A stretch of DNA of 64,000 bases from an uncultured virus (IMG/VR IMGVR_UViG_3300043473_000054) (Duplodnaviria > Heunggongvirae > Uroviricota > Caudoviricetes): IMG/VR virus record IMGVR_UViG_3300043473_000054. The stretch is one strand, 5' to 3'. The number at the start of each line of letters is the position of its first letter. Position 1 is the stretch's first letter. Below the pieces are notes generated by a model. It searched no databases and was not told where the DNA came from. It saw only the letters and a list, made by a program, of their open reading frames with translations. The translations under genes and the position numbers were made by a program. Below are positions 37,561 to 48,078 of the stretch, piece after piece.

Positions 37561-38319
37561 ATGGCCAGGCCGAAGGGCTCGAAGAACAAGCCGAAGGCCC
37601 GCCCTCCGGCGAAAGCCAAGGCGAAGCCCAGGCCACAGGCCAAGGCTGAGCCGCCCGATTGGCTGCGCAAGGCAATGGCGCCGACCAAGACACCGCAAAA
37701 ACGTGGGCCGAGGCCCACGAGAGTGAAGGAAAAAGCTCAAACACTGGCGAAAGCCAAGAGAGGAAAGAAACCCATGGCGAACAAGCCGCACTACGACCCG
37801 ATGGACGATCCAGACCTGCGGGCTGGCGACGCGAAGGGCGATGCACCCGGCTGGGAGAGCCCGATCAAGCCGCCGGATACGAGCCTGAAGCCCGGCAATC
37901 AGCTTCCCGGTGCGCCCGACAACACTCTGCCCGGCGCTGGCGGCAAGCCCGACCAGTCCCTGCCGGGTAACCCGATCAAGCCTGGCAAGCCCGCCCCGCT
38001 TCCTGGCGGTGGCGTGCGTCCCGACAATGTGCTGCCGGAAGTGCCGGAGGAAGCACCTCAATTCGACGAGGTGCAGTCGGGCGGGGACATCCCCGACGAG
38101 AACATTCAGATGCTGATTGCCGGCACGCTCGGCGGCTCTGGGGACAATCACGCCAGCGCAAAGCGTATCGTGGAGCGCATGCACCAGGCCGAGTGGGTCG
38201 TCACCAAGGCGCTCGATGCCGGGAGCGGCGACACAGCCAAGGCCAGGAAGGCCAAGGCAGACAAGGACGCCAAGGCCAAGGCAGACAAGGAAGAGGCGGA
38301 TGCCAAGCGCAAGGCTTGA
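37561..38319 (+). CDS. Lys/Pro-rich protein (possible internal start at 37774)
   Basis: GGAGGAG RBS; RPKGSKNK motif; PDNxLPG repeats. Confidence 0.6.
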   Translation: MARPKGSKNKPKARPPAKAKAKPRPQAKAEPPDWLRKAMAPTKTPQKRGPRPTRVKEKAQTLAKAKRGKKPMANKPHYDPMDDPDLRAGDAKGDAPGWESPIKPPDTSLKPGNQLPGAPDNTLPGAGGKPDQSLPGNPIKPGKPAPLPGGGVRPDNVLPEVPEEAPQFDEVQSGGDIPDENIQMLIAGTLGGSGDNHASAKRIVERMHQAEWVVTKALDAGSGDTAKARKAKADKDAKAKADKEEADAKRKA

Positions 38320-38320
38320 G

Positions 38321-38578
38321 ATGCCGGAATTGCCTGCCTCCTTGGACCGGCGTCCGGCCATGCCCAACGCCGCCTTTGAGGGCGGCGATGTGGGCGACGA
38401 TGAGATCGTCACGGGCATCATTCCGACCGAGCGCAGCGTAGTCGACGTAGTCGACCCGGCGAAGGTCCGCGCGCTCATTTCCGAAGGGCTCGGCGGCGGC
38501 AGGCGGCAATACGGGATTGCCGATGCCGTTCTCGCGCTGTTTGCCGAAAAGCGCTGGCACGTCATCAGAGAGGGCTGA
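38321..38578 (+). CDS. Hypothetical protein
   Basis: Packed ORF in late operon. Confidence 0.55.
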   Translation: MPELPASLDRRPAMPNAAFEGGDVGDDEIVTGIIPTERSVVDVVDPAKVRALISEGLGGGRRQYGIADAVLALFAEKRWHVIREG

Positions 38579-38579
38579 T

Positions 38580-38867
38580 ATGGCAACACAATATTGGGGT
38601 GCGGGTCGCATCGGCACGCACCAGTCGGTCGCCTATACGGGAACAGCAGGGACGGTAGCCAATACCATCACGGCCGGGGTGCAGAAGGTGCGCGTCTGTG
38701 CGACGAGCGCCTGCTACATCGCAATTGGCGTCTCGCCCACGGCCACGACAGCCGGCATCTACATGCCGGCCGACACGGTGGAGTATTTCACGGTCGCGGC
38801 GGGCGAGAAGGTGTCGGCCATCCAGAGTTCGGCCGGCGGCACCCTGCACGTCACCGAGGTCAGCTAG
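38580..38867 (+). CDS. Head decoration/spike-base-like protein
   Basis: Small beta-rich protein before fibre gene. Confidence 0.55.
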   Translation: MATQYWGAGRIGTHQSVAYTGTAGTVANTITAGVQKVRVCATSACYIAIGVSPTATTAGIYMPADTVEYFTVAAGEKVSAIQSSAGGTLHVTEVS

Positions 38868-38871
38868 GCCA

Positions 38872-40500
38872 ATGGCGTTTGGGCGGGTTGGCAGCCTCGG
38901 GACAGGCTTCGGCCGGCTCGGGGCAAAACCGCACGGTGGTGTTTCCGGCCCTGTCGGCGGAGCGGCCCTGCTGGCCAATGAGACGGACGGCTTTGCGACG
39001 GACTTCACCTACACGACGGACGCGCAGCGCGTGGCGGTGAAGACGGCCGGCGTGACGGTAGCGTCAGCACTGAATACGTTTTACCTGAATACTGGAACCA
39101 GCCCAAAGCAAGTTTTCGACGTGGCCGGCGCCCTCGGCTGGTCGCCACACAATATGTGCATACAGTCGCAGGCGTTTGATCAGACGACGCCGTGGAATCC
39201 GACCACGACGGTAACTGTCACGGCGAACGTGACAACCGCGCCGGACGGGACGCTGACGGCAGACAAGATCGTCGAGGTGGCGAACACCAGCAGCCACCAG
39301 CTCATCCACGCCAACGCTGGCTGGATAACGGGCATGACATATACCCTAAGTGTCTATGCCAAGGCCGCCGAGCGCAATTGGCTGTCGATGGTGCCCTTGA
39401 ATGGCTTCACGCTGGCCGACTGGTTCGATCTTACCAATGGCGTTGTCGGCACGTCGGCGAATGGTGGGGTCATCACGTCAGTCGGCAGTGGCTGGTATCG
39501 TTGCTCGATAACCTTCGTTAAGGATGCAACTGTTGGTGGCCCGACGTTCCTTGTCCGCACCGCCAATGGCCAGGTTGGCACCTATGCCGGCAATGCAAGT
39601 TCCGGGTTATATCTGTGGGGGGCGCAGCTCAACCGCGGCTCTACGCCACTGATTTACCTTCCTACTACGACATTGGCGCGTGCCGGTCTGGCCGTTGACT
39701 ACGATGTGGTGACGCATGTGGCGACGGGCTTGCTGTATGAGTTGGCAGCCACCAACATGCTGCTAAACAGCGCGGCGCTCTCGACGCAGACTGTTGCGGT
39801 CGCCAATCTGACAACCTATACCCTGTCGTTCTGGGGCACCGGGACGGTCACGCTGACGGGGGCCTCGACGGCCGGGCCGCTGACGGGGAGCAGTGCCACA
39901 ACACGGGTTTCCCTGACATTCTCGACGACATCGACGTCGCTGACACTGACGGTGACTGGAACTGTCAGCAACGCGCAGCTCGAGCTTGGCACTGTGCCCA
40001 CGTCGCCGATCCTGACGTTCGGGGCGACGGTCACGCGAGTGGCGGACAATTACACGTTCCTGCTGTCCACCATCCCGGCGCTCGGCAGCGAGTATTCCAT
40101 CTACGCGCGGTTTTCGACGCCGAATATCGCCAACGGTAAATACGCTGTGGCGCTGACCGATGGCACGGCGAATGAGATCGCGGGCTTTGTGGCCAACACA
40201 ACGGCGCGGCTGGCGGTCGTGGACGGGGGCGTGGCGGTCGGAGCCATCATCGGGCCGACGCTGGTGGCCAATACCGCAGCCTCGGCGGCAGCGCGTATCA
40301 AGCTCAACGACTGCGCCATGTCGGTGGGCGGAGGAGCTGCTGCTTTCGACACCACCGTTACGCTGCCGACCGTCACTGAGGTGCGGTTTGGCGGCACCGG
40401 CAACAACGTGGCGTCCACTGCGAGCTTCTACATCGAGAAGCTGATGATCCTGCCGCGCGGCTTAAGCGATGCCGAGTTGGCAGCAAAGTCTGCCTTATGA
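38872..40500 (+). CDS. Head spike/fibre-like protein
   Basis: APDGTLTADK, YTLSVYAK, GWYRC, WGAQL, GLL.E..TN.L..S, AQLE.G..PTSPI.T motifs. Confidence 0.7.
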   Translation: MAFGRVGSLGTGFGRLGAKPHGGVSGPVGGAALLANETDGFATDFTYTTDAQRVAVKTAGVTVASALNTFYLNTGTSPKQVFDVAGALGWSPHNMCIQSQAFDQTTPWNPTTTVTVTANVTTAPDGTLTADKIVEVANTSSHQLIHANAGWITGMTYTLSVYAKAAERNWLSMVPLNGFTLADWFDLTNGVVGTSANGGVITSVGSGWYRCSITFVKDATVGGPTFLVRTANGQVGTYAGNASSGLYLWGAQLNRGSTPLIYLPTTTLARAGLAVDYDVVTHVATGLLYELAATNMLLNSAALSTQTVAVANLTTYTLSFWGTGTVTLTGASTAGPLTGSSATTRVSLTFSTTSTSLTLTVTGTVSNAQLELGTVPTSPILTFGATVTRVADNYTFLLSTIPALGSEYSIYARFSTPNIANGKYAVALTDGTANEIAGFVANTTARLAVVDGGVAVGAIIGPTLVANTAASAAARIKLNDCAMSVGGGAAAFDTTVTLPTVTEVRFGGTGNNVASTASFYIEKLMILPRGLSDAELAAKSAL

Positions 40501-41975
40501 GACAGTTCGGCGAGTTCTCACCGGATGTGAGTGACTTAAACACTGACACGCTCGATATCGCCCGCAATGTCCTGCCCGGCATAAACTCATATTTACCGGC
40601 TCCCGGCCTGATCGCACATTCCGTCACGCCGCTGCCGCTGCCCTGTCGCGGCCTCTGGTATGTGCAGACGGCGGCGGGGGACTACGACACCTACGCGGCG
40701 ACCGCCGAAAAACTCTACAAATACGAGCCGGACACCGGCACATTTGCCGATGTGTCGAGGCTGGTAGGTGGCAACTATGCCCTGCCGACTGACGACTATT
40801 GGAGCGGCACGCAATACGGCAACCGGCTGATCGTCTGTAATGGTGGCAACGAGCCGCAATTCATCGACGTGGACAGTGGCGCCAACTTTGCAGACTTACC
40901 GAATGCGCCGATCGCAAGCTTCGTCACCGTCATGGATGACCACGTGGTCTTTTCGCGGCTGTTCACCAACCCGCGTGCGATCCGCTGGTCGGCGATCAAC
41001 GACAGCGAGGACTACACGTCCGGCACGGCGGGCTTTCAGGAGTTCAGTGACGCGGGCGAGGTGACGGGCTTTTGCGCCAACGCGCATATTCTGTTTCTGC
41101 AGCGCGGCCTGAGAGGTATCATCAGCACAGGTGATAAATACGCTTTCAGCTTCCCGACGATGAGCAGCGAGAAGGGCACCGTTTCGCCCTTCGGCGTCAT
41201 CGAGTTTGGCGGCATTGCCTATTGGCTCAGTGACAATGGGTTCTATGTGGGCAATGCGGACCAGCAGAAGAGCATCTCGGAAAAGCGCATCAGTGGCTAT
41301 TTCTATGATGCGCTGAACCAGGGAGCCGTCACTCGGGTATTCTCGACCTTCGACCCGCACGCCTCACGCATTTATTGGACCTACGCGGTGGGTGACGAGC
41401 AATGGAACGACCGCGTGCTGGTCTATGATTGGGGCATCGACCGCTGGTCCGAGTTGGAAGTCAACACCTACATCCTGTCGCGCCTGGCGACAGCTTCGGT
41501 GAGCCTCGATAGCGCCGGGCCGGACCCGATGGACATGGATCTTCCGGGCCTGCCGTCGCTGGACAGCTTCATCTACCGCTCCGGAGCGCCCGTCCTCGCG
41601 GCAGTCGGCACGGACTTGCAGCTCTCGACCATGGAAGGCCCCAACCTCGCGGCGACACTCCTCACCGGCTCGTATGAGTTTCAGGCTGGGCGGCGGGTGC
41701 GCATGCGCAGCGTGCTTCCCTACATCGAGGAGAGCCGGCGCGCGGAGGACGGGCTCACCTATGAGCCGAGCAGCATCACGGTGAAGGTGTCGAAGCGGCA
41801 GCGTTATGGCGATGCGTGGAGCGTCTCGTCGCCGATCATGCAGCAGCGCAGCGGCTACTACCGCATGAACGCTGACGGGCATTTCCATCGGTTCCAGATC
41901 GACATTCCGGCCGGCACCGACTGGCAGCACGCGCAGGGCTGGGAGCCGGACTTTGCGCTGACGACTGGCCGATGA
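40497..41975 (+). CDS. Tail nozzle/DNA-stabilisation-like protein
   Basis: FGEFSPD start, IRWSAIND, YWLSDNGFY; beta-propeller-like. Confidence 0.7.
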   Translation: MRQFGEFSPDVSDLNTDTLDIARNVLPGINSYLPAPGLIAHSVTPLPLPCRGLWYVQTAAGDYDTYAATAEKLYKYEPDTGTFADVSRLVGGNYALPTDDYWSGTQYGNRLIVCNGGNEPQFIDVDSGANFADLPNAPIASFVTVMDDHVVFSRLFTNPRAIRWSAINDSEDYTSGTAGFQEFSDAGEVTGFCANAHILFLQRGLRGIISTGDKYAFSFPTMSSEKGTVSPFGVIEFGGIAYWLSDNGFYVGNADQQKSISEKRISGYFYDALNQGAVTRVFSTFDPHASRIYWTYAVGDEQWNDRVLVYDWGIDRWSELEVNTYILSRLATASVSLDSAGPDPMDMDLPGLPSLDSFIYRSGAPVLAAVGTDLQLSTMEGPNLAATLLTGSYEFQAGRRVRMRSVLPYIEESRRAEDGLTYEPSSITVKVSKRQRYGDAWSVSSPIMQQRSGYYRMNADGHFHRFQIDIPAGTDWQHAQGWEPDFALTTGR

Positions 41976-42280
41976 AGCAGGTTGACGCGCGTTCCCTGAA
42001 TGTCAGGGAGCATGCCGAGGCGCTGTTTCTGCTGACGCGCGACCGCGATGATGTCGTGACGCTGACGGCGGGGGCGACAATTACCACGGTGACTGATCCA
42101 ACCGTGACGCCGGATACCGTTTTCATCTTCGATCCGCTGACGGCGACGGCAGCAGCGGAGAAGGCGGCCGGAACAATGTATGTGCTGGCGGCCGATCGGC
42201 GGCTCGGCAGCTTCACCATCACCCACGCCAACGCTGGCACTACCGACAGAATCTTCCGCTGGCTGGCGGCTGGAGACTGA
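41972..42280 (+). CDS. Small virion/tail protein
   Basis: Homolog of 460..768. Confidence 0.75.
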   Translation: MKQVDARSLNVREHAEALFLLTRDRDDVVTLTAGATITTVTDPTVTPDTVFIFDPLTATAAAEKAAGTMYVLAADRRLGSFTITHANAGTTDRIFRWLAAGD

Positions 42281-42284
42281 CACC

Positions 42285-44681
42285 ATGGCAACGAACGACA
42301 ACCCCTTCGGCGGCGGCGCTTCCGGGGGCGGCGGAGGCATGTTCGGCGGCGGCATGTGGGGTAGTTCGCCCTACGGCGGCTTCAGTGGGGGCTTCGGCGG
42401 AGGCTACGGCATGCCGCAGGGCTATGGTGGCGGCTATGGCATGCAGAGCCCCTACGGAGGCGGCTACGGCGGTTTTGGCGGCGGGATGCCATACGGGGGC
42501 GGCTATGGCATGCAATCGCCCTACGGGGCTCCTGGGGGCTACGGGGGCTACGGGGGCATGCAGTCGCCGTATGGAGGCGGCTACAGCCCCTACGGCATGC
42601 CGCAGGGCTATGGCGGCTATCCGCAGCAGTCTCCGTATGGCGGGTATGGTGGCGGCTATAGTCCCTATGGAATGCCGTCGCAGTATGGGCCGCAGCCGTC
42701 CTACGGCATGCCGCAGCAGCAGACGATGATGGCTACAGACGCCGCCCAGCCGCAAGCGATGGCGGCAACGGTGGACGGCAGTGCGGGAGACGCAACAGGG
42801 GCTGCCGCCGATGCGGCCGCCGCTGCTGGCGGCCTCTTTAATTTCAGCGGCAGCCAATCACAGACGTTCTCCCCGTGGGGTCCGCAGGGCGAGCAACTGA
42901 GAAGACTCTTCTCGGGTCTGAATGCCAACGGAGAAGAAATCTCACAAGAGAACATGCCCACCACGGGCGCGCAGGGCGAACTCTACAAGCAGCAGCAGCT
43001 CGGGCCGACCGGCTTCGACCCGCAGAGCGAGGCCGCCCTGCAGCGGATGCAGGCGCTGGCGACGGGTGCCAATCCGATGGTGGACGCCGCCACCGGGGCC
43101 ACGCAGGGTATTGCCTCCGGGCAGGCCAATATCGGCACCGGCGGGATGTTCCAAGGGCTCTATGACCAGCCCGGCATCCAGAACCTGCAGCAATACCAGG
43201 ACATGTATGCTGATCCCGGCATTGGCGGCATTGAAAAATACGGTGCCATGGCCAACCGCAATGCCATCGGGAACGCCGACCAATACAGCACGATGATCGG
43301 CCAGAACGCGGTCGGCAACGAGGGCGACTACCGGGCCTTCGGCGCCAACCAGATCGGGGCGGACCAGTTCAATCAGCTTTACGGCAACAACGGCGGCATC
43401 AGCCAAGCCGGCTATGGCGATCTCGCCAACCGGGATGCCATGAGCACCCAGCGCATGGAGAGCATCTATAATCAGCCGGGGGTCAATCGGGACTATTACC
43501 GTACCGCCTATGACCTGCCGGGAGTGAACATCGAGAACTTCCAGAGTGCATGGGGAGGCGCGCAGGGGCAGGGCGAGCTCGCGGGCGGCATGTTCGGGCA
43601 GGTAGCACGCGGTGGTCTTGTCAACGGTAACCCGTTCCGCGAGCAAGCCATCCAAGACGCCATGGATCAAACCAGCGACCAGGTGAAGGCGACCATGTCC
43701 TCACGCGGGCGCTACGGCTCCGACGCCTACGGCGATGCCATGGGCAAGGCGCTCGGTCAGGTCGCTACGCAGGCTAGAATGCAAGGCTATGATACCGACA
43801 CCGCCAACATGATGGCGGCGGCGCAGGCGCGGAGCGGCGAGACGCTGGCGCGACAGGGCGTCGGACTGCAGGCGGCGCAGGGCACTATGTCGGCACAGAG
43901 CCAGAATGCCGCTAATCGCCTGGCGGCGGCAGGCGGCCTTGCCGGAATAGAGGGGACGAACATCGCCAACCGGATGGGCCAGGCGCAATCCATCATGAAC
44001 GCCGGCGGCGCAAATGCCCAGCAACGACTGGCGGCGCTGCAGGGGCTTACCGGGGCACAGCAGGCGGGCGGGCAGCAGATGCTCGGTGCGGCGCAGGGAG
44101 CCTACGGTGTCGCCGCGCAGAACCGCGCCAACCAACTCGCGGCCGCGCAGGGCATTACCGGCCTGCAGGGTCAGAACGCCCAGCAGCGACTGGCGCAGAT
44201 ACAAGGGCTATCGGGCATTCAGGGTACCAATTACCAGTCGCAGCTTGGGGCGCTCGGGCAAATGAACGCCGCCCAGCAGATGGCCAACCAGCAGCGCATG
44301 GCAGCGGCGCAGGGCTTAACCGGAGCGCAAGGGCAAAACTGGCAAAATCAGCTAGGCGCGGCGAACGCACTCACGGGCGTTAACTCGCAGGACATACAGA
44401 ACCGCATGCAGGCGGCGGGCATGGCTCCTGCCATGCAGGGGCTGCGCTACGACGACGCGCAGCGGCAGGCGCAGGTGGGCGCGGCGCGTGAGGCGATGCT
44501 GCAGCAGCAGCGGCAATTCGGCTGGGATCAGCTTGCCCGATACCAGGGCCTGATCGGCGGTGTCCCAGGCGCAAGCGGCACATCAAAGACAACAGAGCAA
44601 CGTCCCTGGTGGCAGGACGCTCTCGGCGCAGCATCAACGGCCGCTGGGATATGGGGAGCTATTCCAGGGCCGACTGCTTAA
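42285..44681 (+). CDS. Gly/Gln/Ala-rich putative ejection/internal virion protein
   Basis: Homolog of 773..3250. Confidence 0.65.
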   Translation: MATNDNPFGGGASGGGGGMFGGGMWGSSPYGGFSGGFGGGYGMPQGYGGGYGMQSPYGGGYGGFGGGMPYGGGYGMQSPYGAPGGYGGYGGMQSPYGGGYSPYGMPQGYGGYPQQSPYGGYGGGYSPYGMPSQYGPQPSYGMPQQQTMMATDAAQPQAMAATVDGSAGDATGAAADAAAAAGGLFNFSGSQSQTFSPWGPQGEQLRRLFSGLNANGEEISQENMPTTGAQGELYKQQQLGPTGFDPQSEAALQRMQALATGANPMVDAATGATQGIASGQANIGTGGMFQGLYDQPGIQNLQQYQDMYADPGIGGIEKYGAMANRNAIGNADQYSTMIGQNAVGNEGDYRAFGANQIGADQFNQLYGNNGGISQAGYGDLANRDAMSTQRMESIYNQPGVNRDYYRTAYDLPGVNIENFQSAWGGAQGQGELAGGMFGQVARGGLVNGNPFREQAIQDAMDQTSDQVKATMSSRGRYGSDAYGDAMGKALGQVATQARMQGYDTDTANMMAAAQARSGETLARQGVGLQAAQGTMSAQSQNAANRLAAAGGLAGIEGTNIANRMGQAQSIMNAGGANAQQRLAALQGLTGAQQAGGQQMLGAAQGAYGVAAQNRANQLAAAQGITGLQGQNAQQRLAQIQGLSGIQGTNYQSQLGALGQMNAAQQMANQQRMAAAQGLTGAQGQNWQNQLGAANALTGVNSQDIQNRMQAAGMAPAMQGLRYDDAQRQAQVGAAREAMLQQQRQFGWDQLARYQGLIGGVPGASGTSKTTEQRPWWQDALGAASTAAGIWGAIPGPTA

Positions 44682-45150
44682 CGGCTTCTCGTTTTTGCCG
44701 CTGGCGCTCCCGCGAGAGCGTTCGGTTTAGAGATTTAGGTTGTCCCAATTTCCCACGCTCCAAGGCGTGATACCACGAATGGCAGGCGGGGCAAAGCCAG
44801 ATTACGTCGAGGGGCTTCGTGTAGTCTTCGTGGTGCGCCTGGACGAAGTGAGTGGTTTGGCAGTAGCGGCATGGGCCTTTCTGGAGCCGCCCGCTCCGCA
44901 GCGCGTATTTGACAGCCTGATGTGCCTTCGCCTTTTTGGTATTGTCCCGCCAATACGCGCGGCTTCTCTTGTTTCTGTTTTCCCTAGTGATGCCGCCCTT
45001 CCATGTCGGAGCCTGTTCACCGAGCCGCGGGTGGGCGCGATCGTATTCCTGACGGCAGGCATTTGAGCAGAAGCGCCCCTCGCCCCTCGCAATCTGAGCA
45101 GGGCTTTTATTGAACTCTTCAGCGCACTGTTCGCAGACCCGTTTCACCAT
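44659..45150 (-). CDS. HNH-like endonuclease with zinc-finger N-terminus
   Basis: CEQC..FCSNAC, WKGG, AHHEDY.KPLDVIWLCPACH; absent from unit X. Confidence 0.75.
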   Translation of the reverse strand: MVKRVCEQCAEEFNKSPAQIARGEGRFCSNACRQEYDRAHPRLGEQAPTWKGGITRENRNKRSRAYWRDNTKKAKAHQAVKYALRSGRLQKGPCRYCQTTHFVQAHHEDYTKPLDVIWLCPACHSWYHALERGKLGQPKSLNRTLSRERQRQKREAVKQSALE

Positions 45151-45167
45151 TCTCGCAGGATAGCATG

Positions 45168-46250
45168 ATGGCATACGGCTACGGCAACCCCTCTCCCGAT
45201 CAGATCCAGCCGCAGCCGCTGTTCGCTGGCAACAATCTGCTCGGCACTGCGCAGGGCATGTTCGGTGGGCTCAGGCGCGGCTTTCAGGCCGGCAACCGTG
45301 CCCTGCATCCCTACAGCAACCGACTGATGCTCGCGGGCATGGGCATGCTCGGCGGCGGGCCGAAAGAGGCCATGAAGGGCTTGGTGGCGGGCTCAGCGCT
45401 GGATACGGAGGATGCCGATCGGCGGAAGCTCAATAAGGCGCTCCAGGATCTGATGAGCAGCGAGAGCGACCTGATACCGGATGACCCGGCTATTCGGGGC
45501 TTGATGGCGGCCGACGATAAGTTCGCCGAGGCCACGCTGTTGCAGCGTATGAAGCCAACGGACTACGGCGAAAAATATAACGGATATTTGCGGGCAAAAG
45601 CGGAAGGCTATCCCGGCGACTGGATGCAGTATCAGGAGGACACAAAGACTGGACCCATGGTCACAGTGGGCGGCGAAGAGAAGTCTTTCGACAAGACGTT
45701 CGGCGAGACACTCGCAAAAGACTATGGCTCCATGCAGCAGGGCGGAAGAGACGCAACCGCAGGCATCGGCAAGCTGGAGCGTCTCAGGCAGGCTCTGAGC
45801 AATCCGGCCGTCTATCAGGGGACTGGCGGAAACGCTGTGAATTACCTCAAGGGCGTCGGCGCTAGCCTCGGGTTCCAGGTGGAAGGGTTAACCGATGCGG
45901 AAGTGGCGCAAGGGCTCACTCGCGAACTGGCATTGGAAATTCGTAACCCGTCCGGCGGTGCCGGAATGCCTGGCGCGCTGTCCGACTCCGATCGGAAATA
46001 CCTGGAAAGCATTGCTGCCAGTTTAGGCAATCGTCCGGAAACCAATGCGCAAAAGATAGATATCGCCATAAAGCTGAAGCAGCGCGAGCAAGATGTTGCG
46101 CGACTGGCTCGCGAATACAGGAAGCAGAACGGCGGGCAATTTGACGATGGGTTCTATGACTACCTAGACCAATGGTCTCAGGCAAATCCGCTGTTTGCCA
46201 ATGCGCCACCTCTGACGCCGGGTGGCAATAGCTTCACTTCGGGAGAGTGA
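45168..46250 (+). CDS. Putative DNA-ejection protein, allele Y
   Basis: Shares N-terminus with 3268..4188. Confidence 0.6.
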   Translation: MAYGYGNPSPDQIQPQPLFAGNNLLGTAQGMFGGLRRGFQAGNRALHPYSNRLMLAGMGMLGGGPKEAMKGLVAGSALDTEDADRRKLNKALQDLMSSESDLIPDDPAIRGLMAADDKFAEATLLQRMKPTDYGEKYNGYLRAKAEGYPGDWMQYQEDTKTGPMVTVGGEEKSFDKTFGETLAKDYGSMQQGGRDATAGIGKLERLRQALSNPAVYQGTGGNAVNYLKGVGASLGFQVEGLTDAEVAQGLTRELALEIRNPSGGAGMPGALSDSDRKYLESIAASLGNRPETNAQKIDIAIKLKQREQDVARLAREYRKQNGGQFDDGFYDYLDQWSQANPLFANAPPLTPGGNSFTSGE

Positions 46251-46252
46251 GC

Positions 46253-47902
46253 ATGCCAACCATACGTATCAACGGCGGCGACCCTGTCCCGGTGGACAGT
46301 TCGTTTTTCAAGCTTCCGAAAGACGAACAGGAAAGGCGGGTGGACGCCTACGTGGCCGGCAATCCCGCAGCCCTGCAGAGTCTCGATCCGGCGCAGATAC
46401 CTTCAAAAGAACTGCCGCAGTCGTTCGACGAGACGCTGACCGGCATGGTTGGCTCTGGGCTTTACGGTGTGCCTGTGGCTGGGCCTGCGCTGCTTGGTGC
46501 AGGCGCACGTCTAGGGGCTGCAGGGCAGGCACTGACGGGGAAGCAGCCCTATTCCCAAGCCCTGGAAGACATTCAGACAAAGCAGGAGCAGTTTCGCCGT
46601 AATAACCCGGTGCTGGCAGGAAGCGCCGAGGCGGGAGGCGCAACTCTCGCGACAATGGGCGCAGGCAGTACAGGCGCTGGCGCGCGGGCGCTGGGGATCA
46701 CTGGTGCTAGCCTTCCAATACGGTCGGCTACAAGTGCTTTAACTGGCGGCACAATAGGAGGGCTAGACGCACTTGCGAGGGGCAATGATCCAGTAACAGG
46801 GGTGGAAGTAGGAGCCACTTTTGGGGCACTCGCACCAGCGGCTGGGCAGGCGGCAGGCAGCGGCGTGCGCTCTGTGTTCGGGCGCAAGGCAGTAGCGGCA
46901 CCAGCCCTTGAAGATATCCGCAACTCTTCCAGTGCGGCCTTTCAGCGAATGGACAATTCCGGGGTTGCCTTGCGTCCGGCGAAAGTGAACAGGATGCTGG
47001 ACGACATCGTGCAGACGGCAACCAAGTCCAACTTGGATCGCTATATGCATCCAGACACCTACAAAGCGTTCAACGAAGCCATAAGCTATCGCTTCCAAAG
47101 GCCGACGCTTTCCGACCTGCATCAATTGCGACAGAAATTGCAGGACGCAACAGGAGCGGCCCTGCCGCGTGACAGGCAGAAGGCTGCTCTTCTACTCAAT
47201 AAGCTCAACGAGCATATCGACAGCCTCAATGCCCTCGACGTGACAGGACCGGACCCGAGGGCGGCTGTCGCCTCGCTACAGCAGGGAATTGCCGAGTGGC
47301 ATCGGATGAGGAAGGGCGAGACAATCGCCAAGCTGTTTGAGAACGCCAACGACGCGAAGGGCGACTATCAGGAAGCCCTTCGCGGTGAGTTCCGTAAACT
47401 GAAGAAGAACGACAAACAGATGCGGGGCTTCACCCCGGAGGAGCGCGCGGCGATAGCGAAAGTTGTTCGCGGCGGGTCTGTCGAGAACGTCTTCCGGTTC
47501 TTTGGAGCGTTTGCTCCGACGGCCAGTGGCGGGCCGATCAGGAATATGGCTTCCTTGGTGCCTTCCATTGCGGCGACCCACCAGCTTGGCTGGGAACTTG
47601 CAGCGCCGCTGGCAGTGGGCACAGTAGGAGCTCAAACTGCAGCCAAGCAAATGAACCTGCGCAGTGCGACGCTTGCTGACGAACTCGTGCGACGGGGGCG
47701 TGGAAGAGGGCCATTGACGGGTGCGTCAGCCTTAACACAGCGGGCGGTGCAGGCCGCTACCCTTGGCGTGCCGCTGTCGCAATACCCACCCATGACGGGG
47801 CCGGAGTCGCCCCTGTTGCCCTATCTACCGCAGCGCATTCCATTCACGAATATCCCGGCCCCTTATCTACCCTCGCCATCCTCAACGCGCGAGCCGAGAT
47901 AG
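46253..47902 (+). CDS. Putative DNA-ejection/transfer protein, allele Y
   Basis: Slot equivalent of 4191..5801. Confidence 0.6.
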   Translation: MPTIRINGGDPVPVDSSFFKLPKDEQERRVDAYVAGNPAALQSLDPAQIPSKELPQSFDETLTGMVGSGLYGVPVAGPALLGAGARLGAAGQALTGKQPYSQALEDIQTKQEQFRRNNPVLAGSAEAGGATLATMGAGSTGAGARALGITGASLPIRSATSALTGGTIGGLDALARGNDPVTGVEVGATFGALAPAAGQAAGSGVRSVFGRKAVAAPALEDIRNSSSAAFQRMDNSGVALRPAKVNRMLDDIVQTATKSNLDRYMHPDTYKAFNEAISYRFQRPTLSDLHQLRQKLQDATGAALPRDRQKAALLLNKLNEHIDSLNALDVTGPDPRAAVASLQQGIAEWHRMRKGETIAKLFENANDAKGDYQEALRGEFRKLKKNDKQMRGFTPEERAAIAKVVRGGSVENVFRFFGAFAPTASGGPIRNMASLVPSIAATHQLGWELAAPLAVGTVGAQTAAKQMNLRSATLADELVRRGRGRGPLTGASALTQRAVQAATLGVPLSQYPPMTGPESPLLPYLPQRIPFTNIPAPYLPSPSSTREPR

Positions 47903-48078
47903 AACATTGCCAGTGCGAACATCGTCCCGGCAAAGAAGCCGTGACCGAACTGGCGTGAAATGCCGGTTATCATCCAATAAACGAACTCGAAAAGCCCATA
48001 CATGATCGCCAGGCAGGCGGCATAGTAGAGATAGCGATAAGTGGCGCGCGTCTTCGGCCGAATGTCGATGGTCTGCAT
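47863..48078 (-). CDS. 71-aa two-TM antisense protein, candidate superinfection exclusion
   Basis: MQTIDIRPK..YLYYAACLAIMYGLFEFVYW..FFAGTMFALAMFYLG; convergent with ejection gene. Confidence 0.6.
   Translation of the reverse strand: MQTIDIRPKTRATYRYLYYAACLAIMYGLFEFVYWMITGISRQFGHGFFAGTMFALAMFYLGSRVEDGEGR

Noticed and set aside
38580..40500. Gene transfer agent cluster
   Set aside because: Head-spike-like genes occur, but int, immunity and replication genes show a bona fide temperate phage
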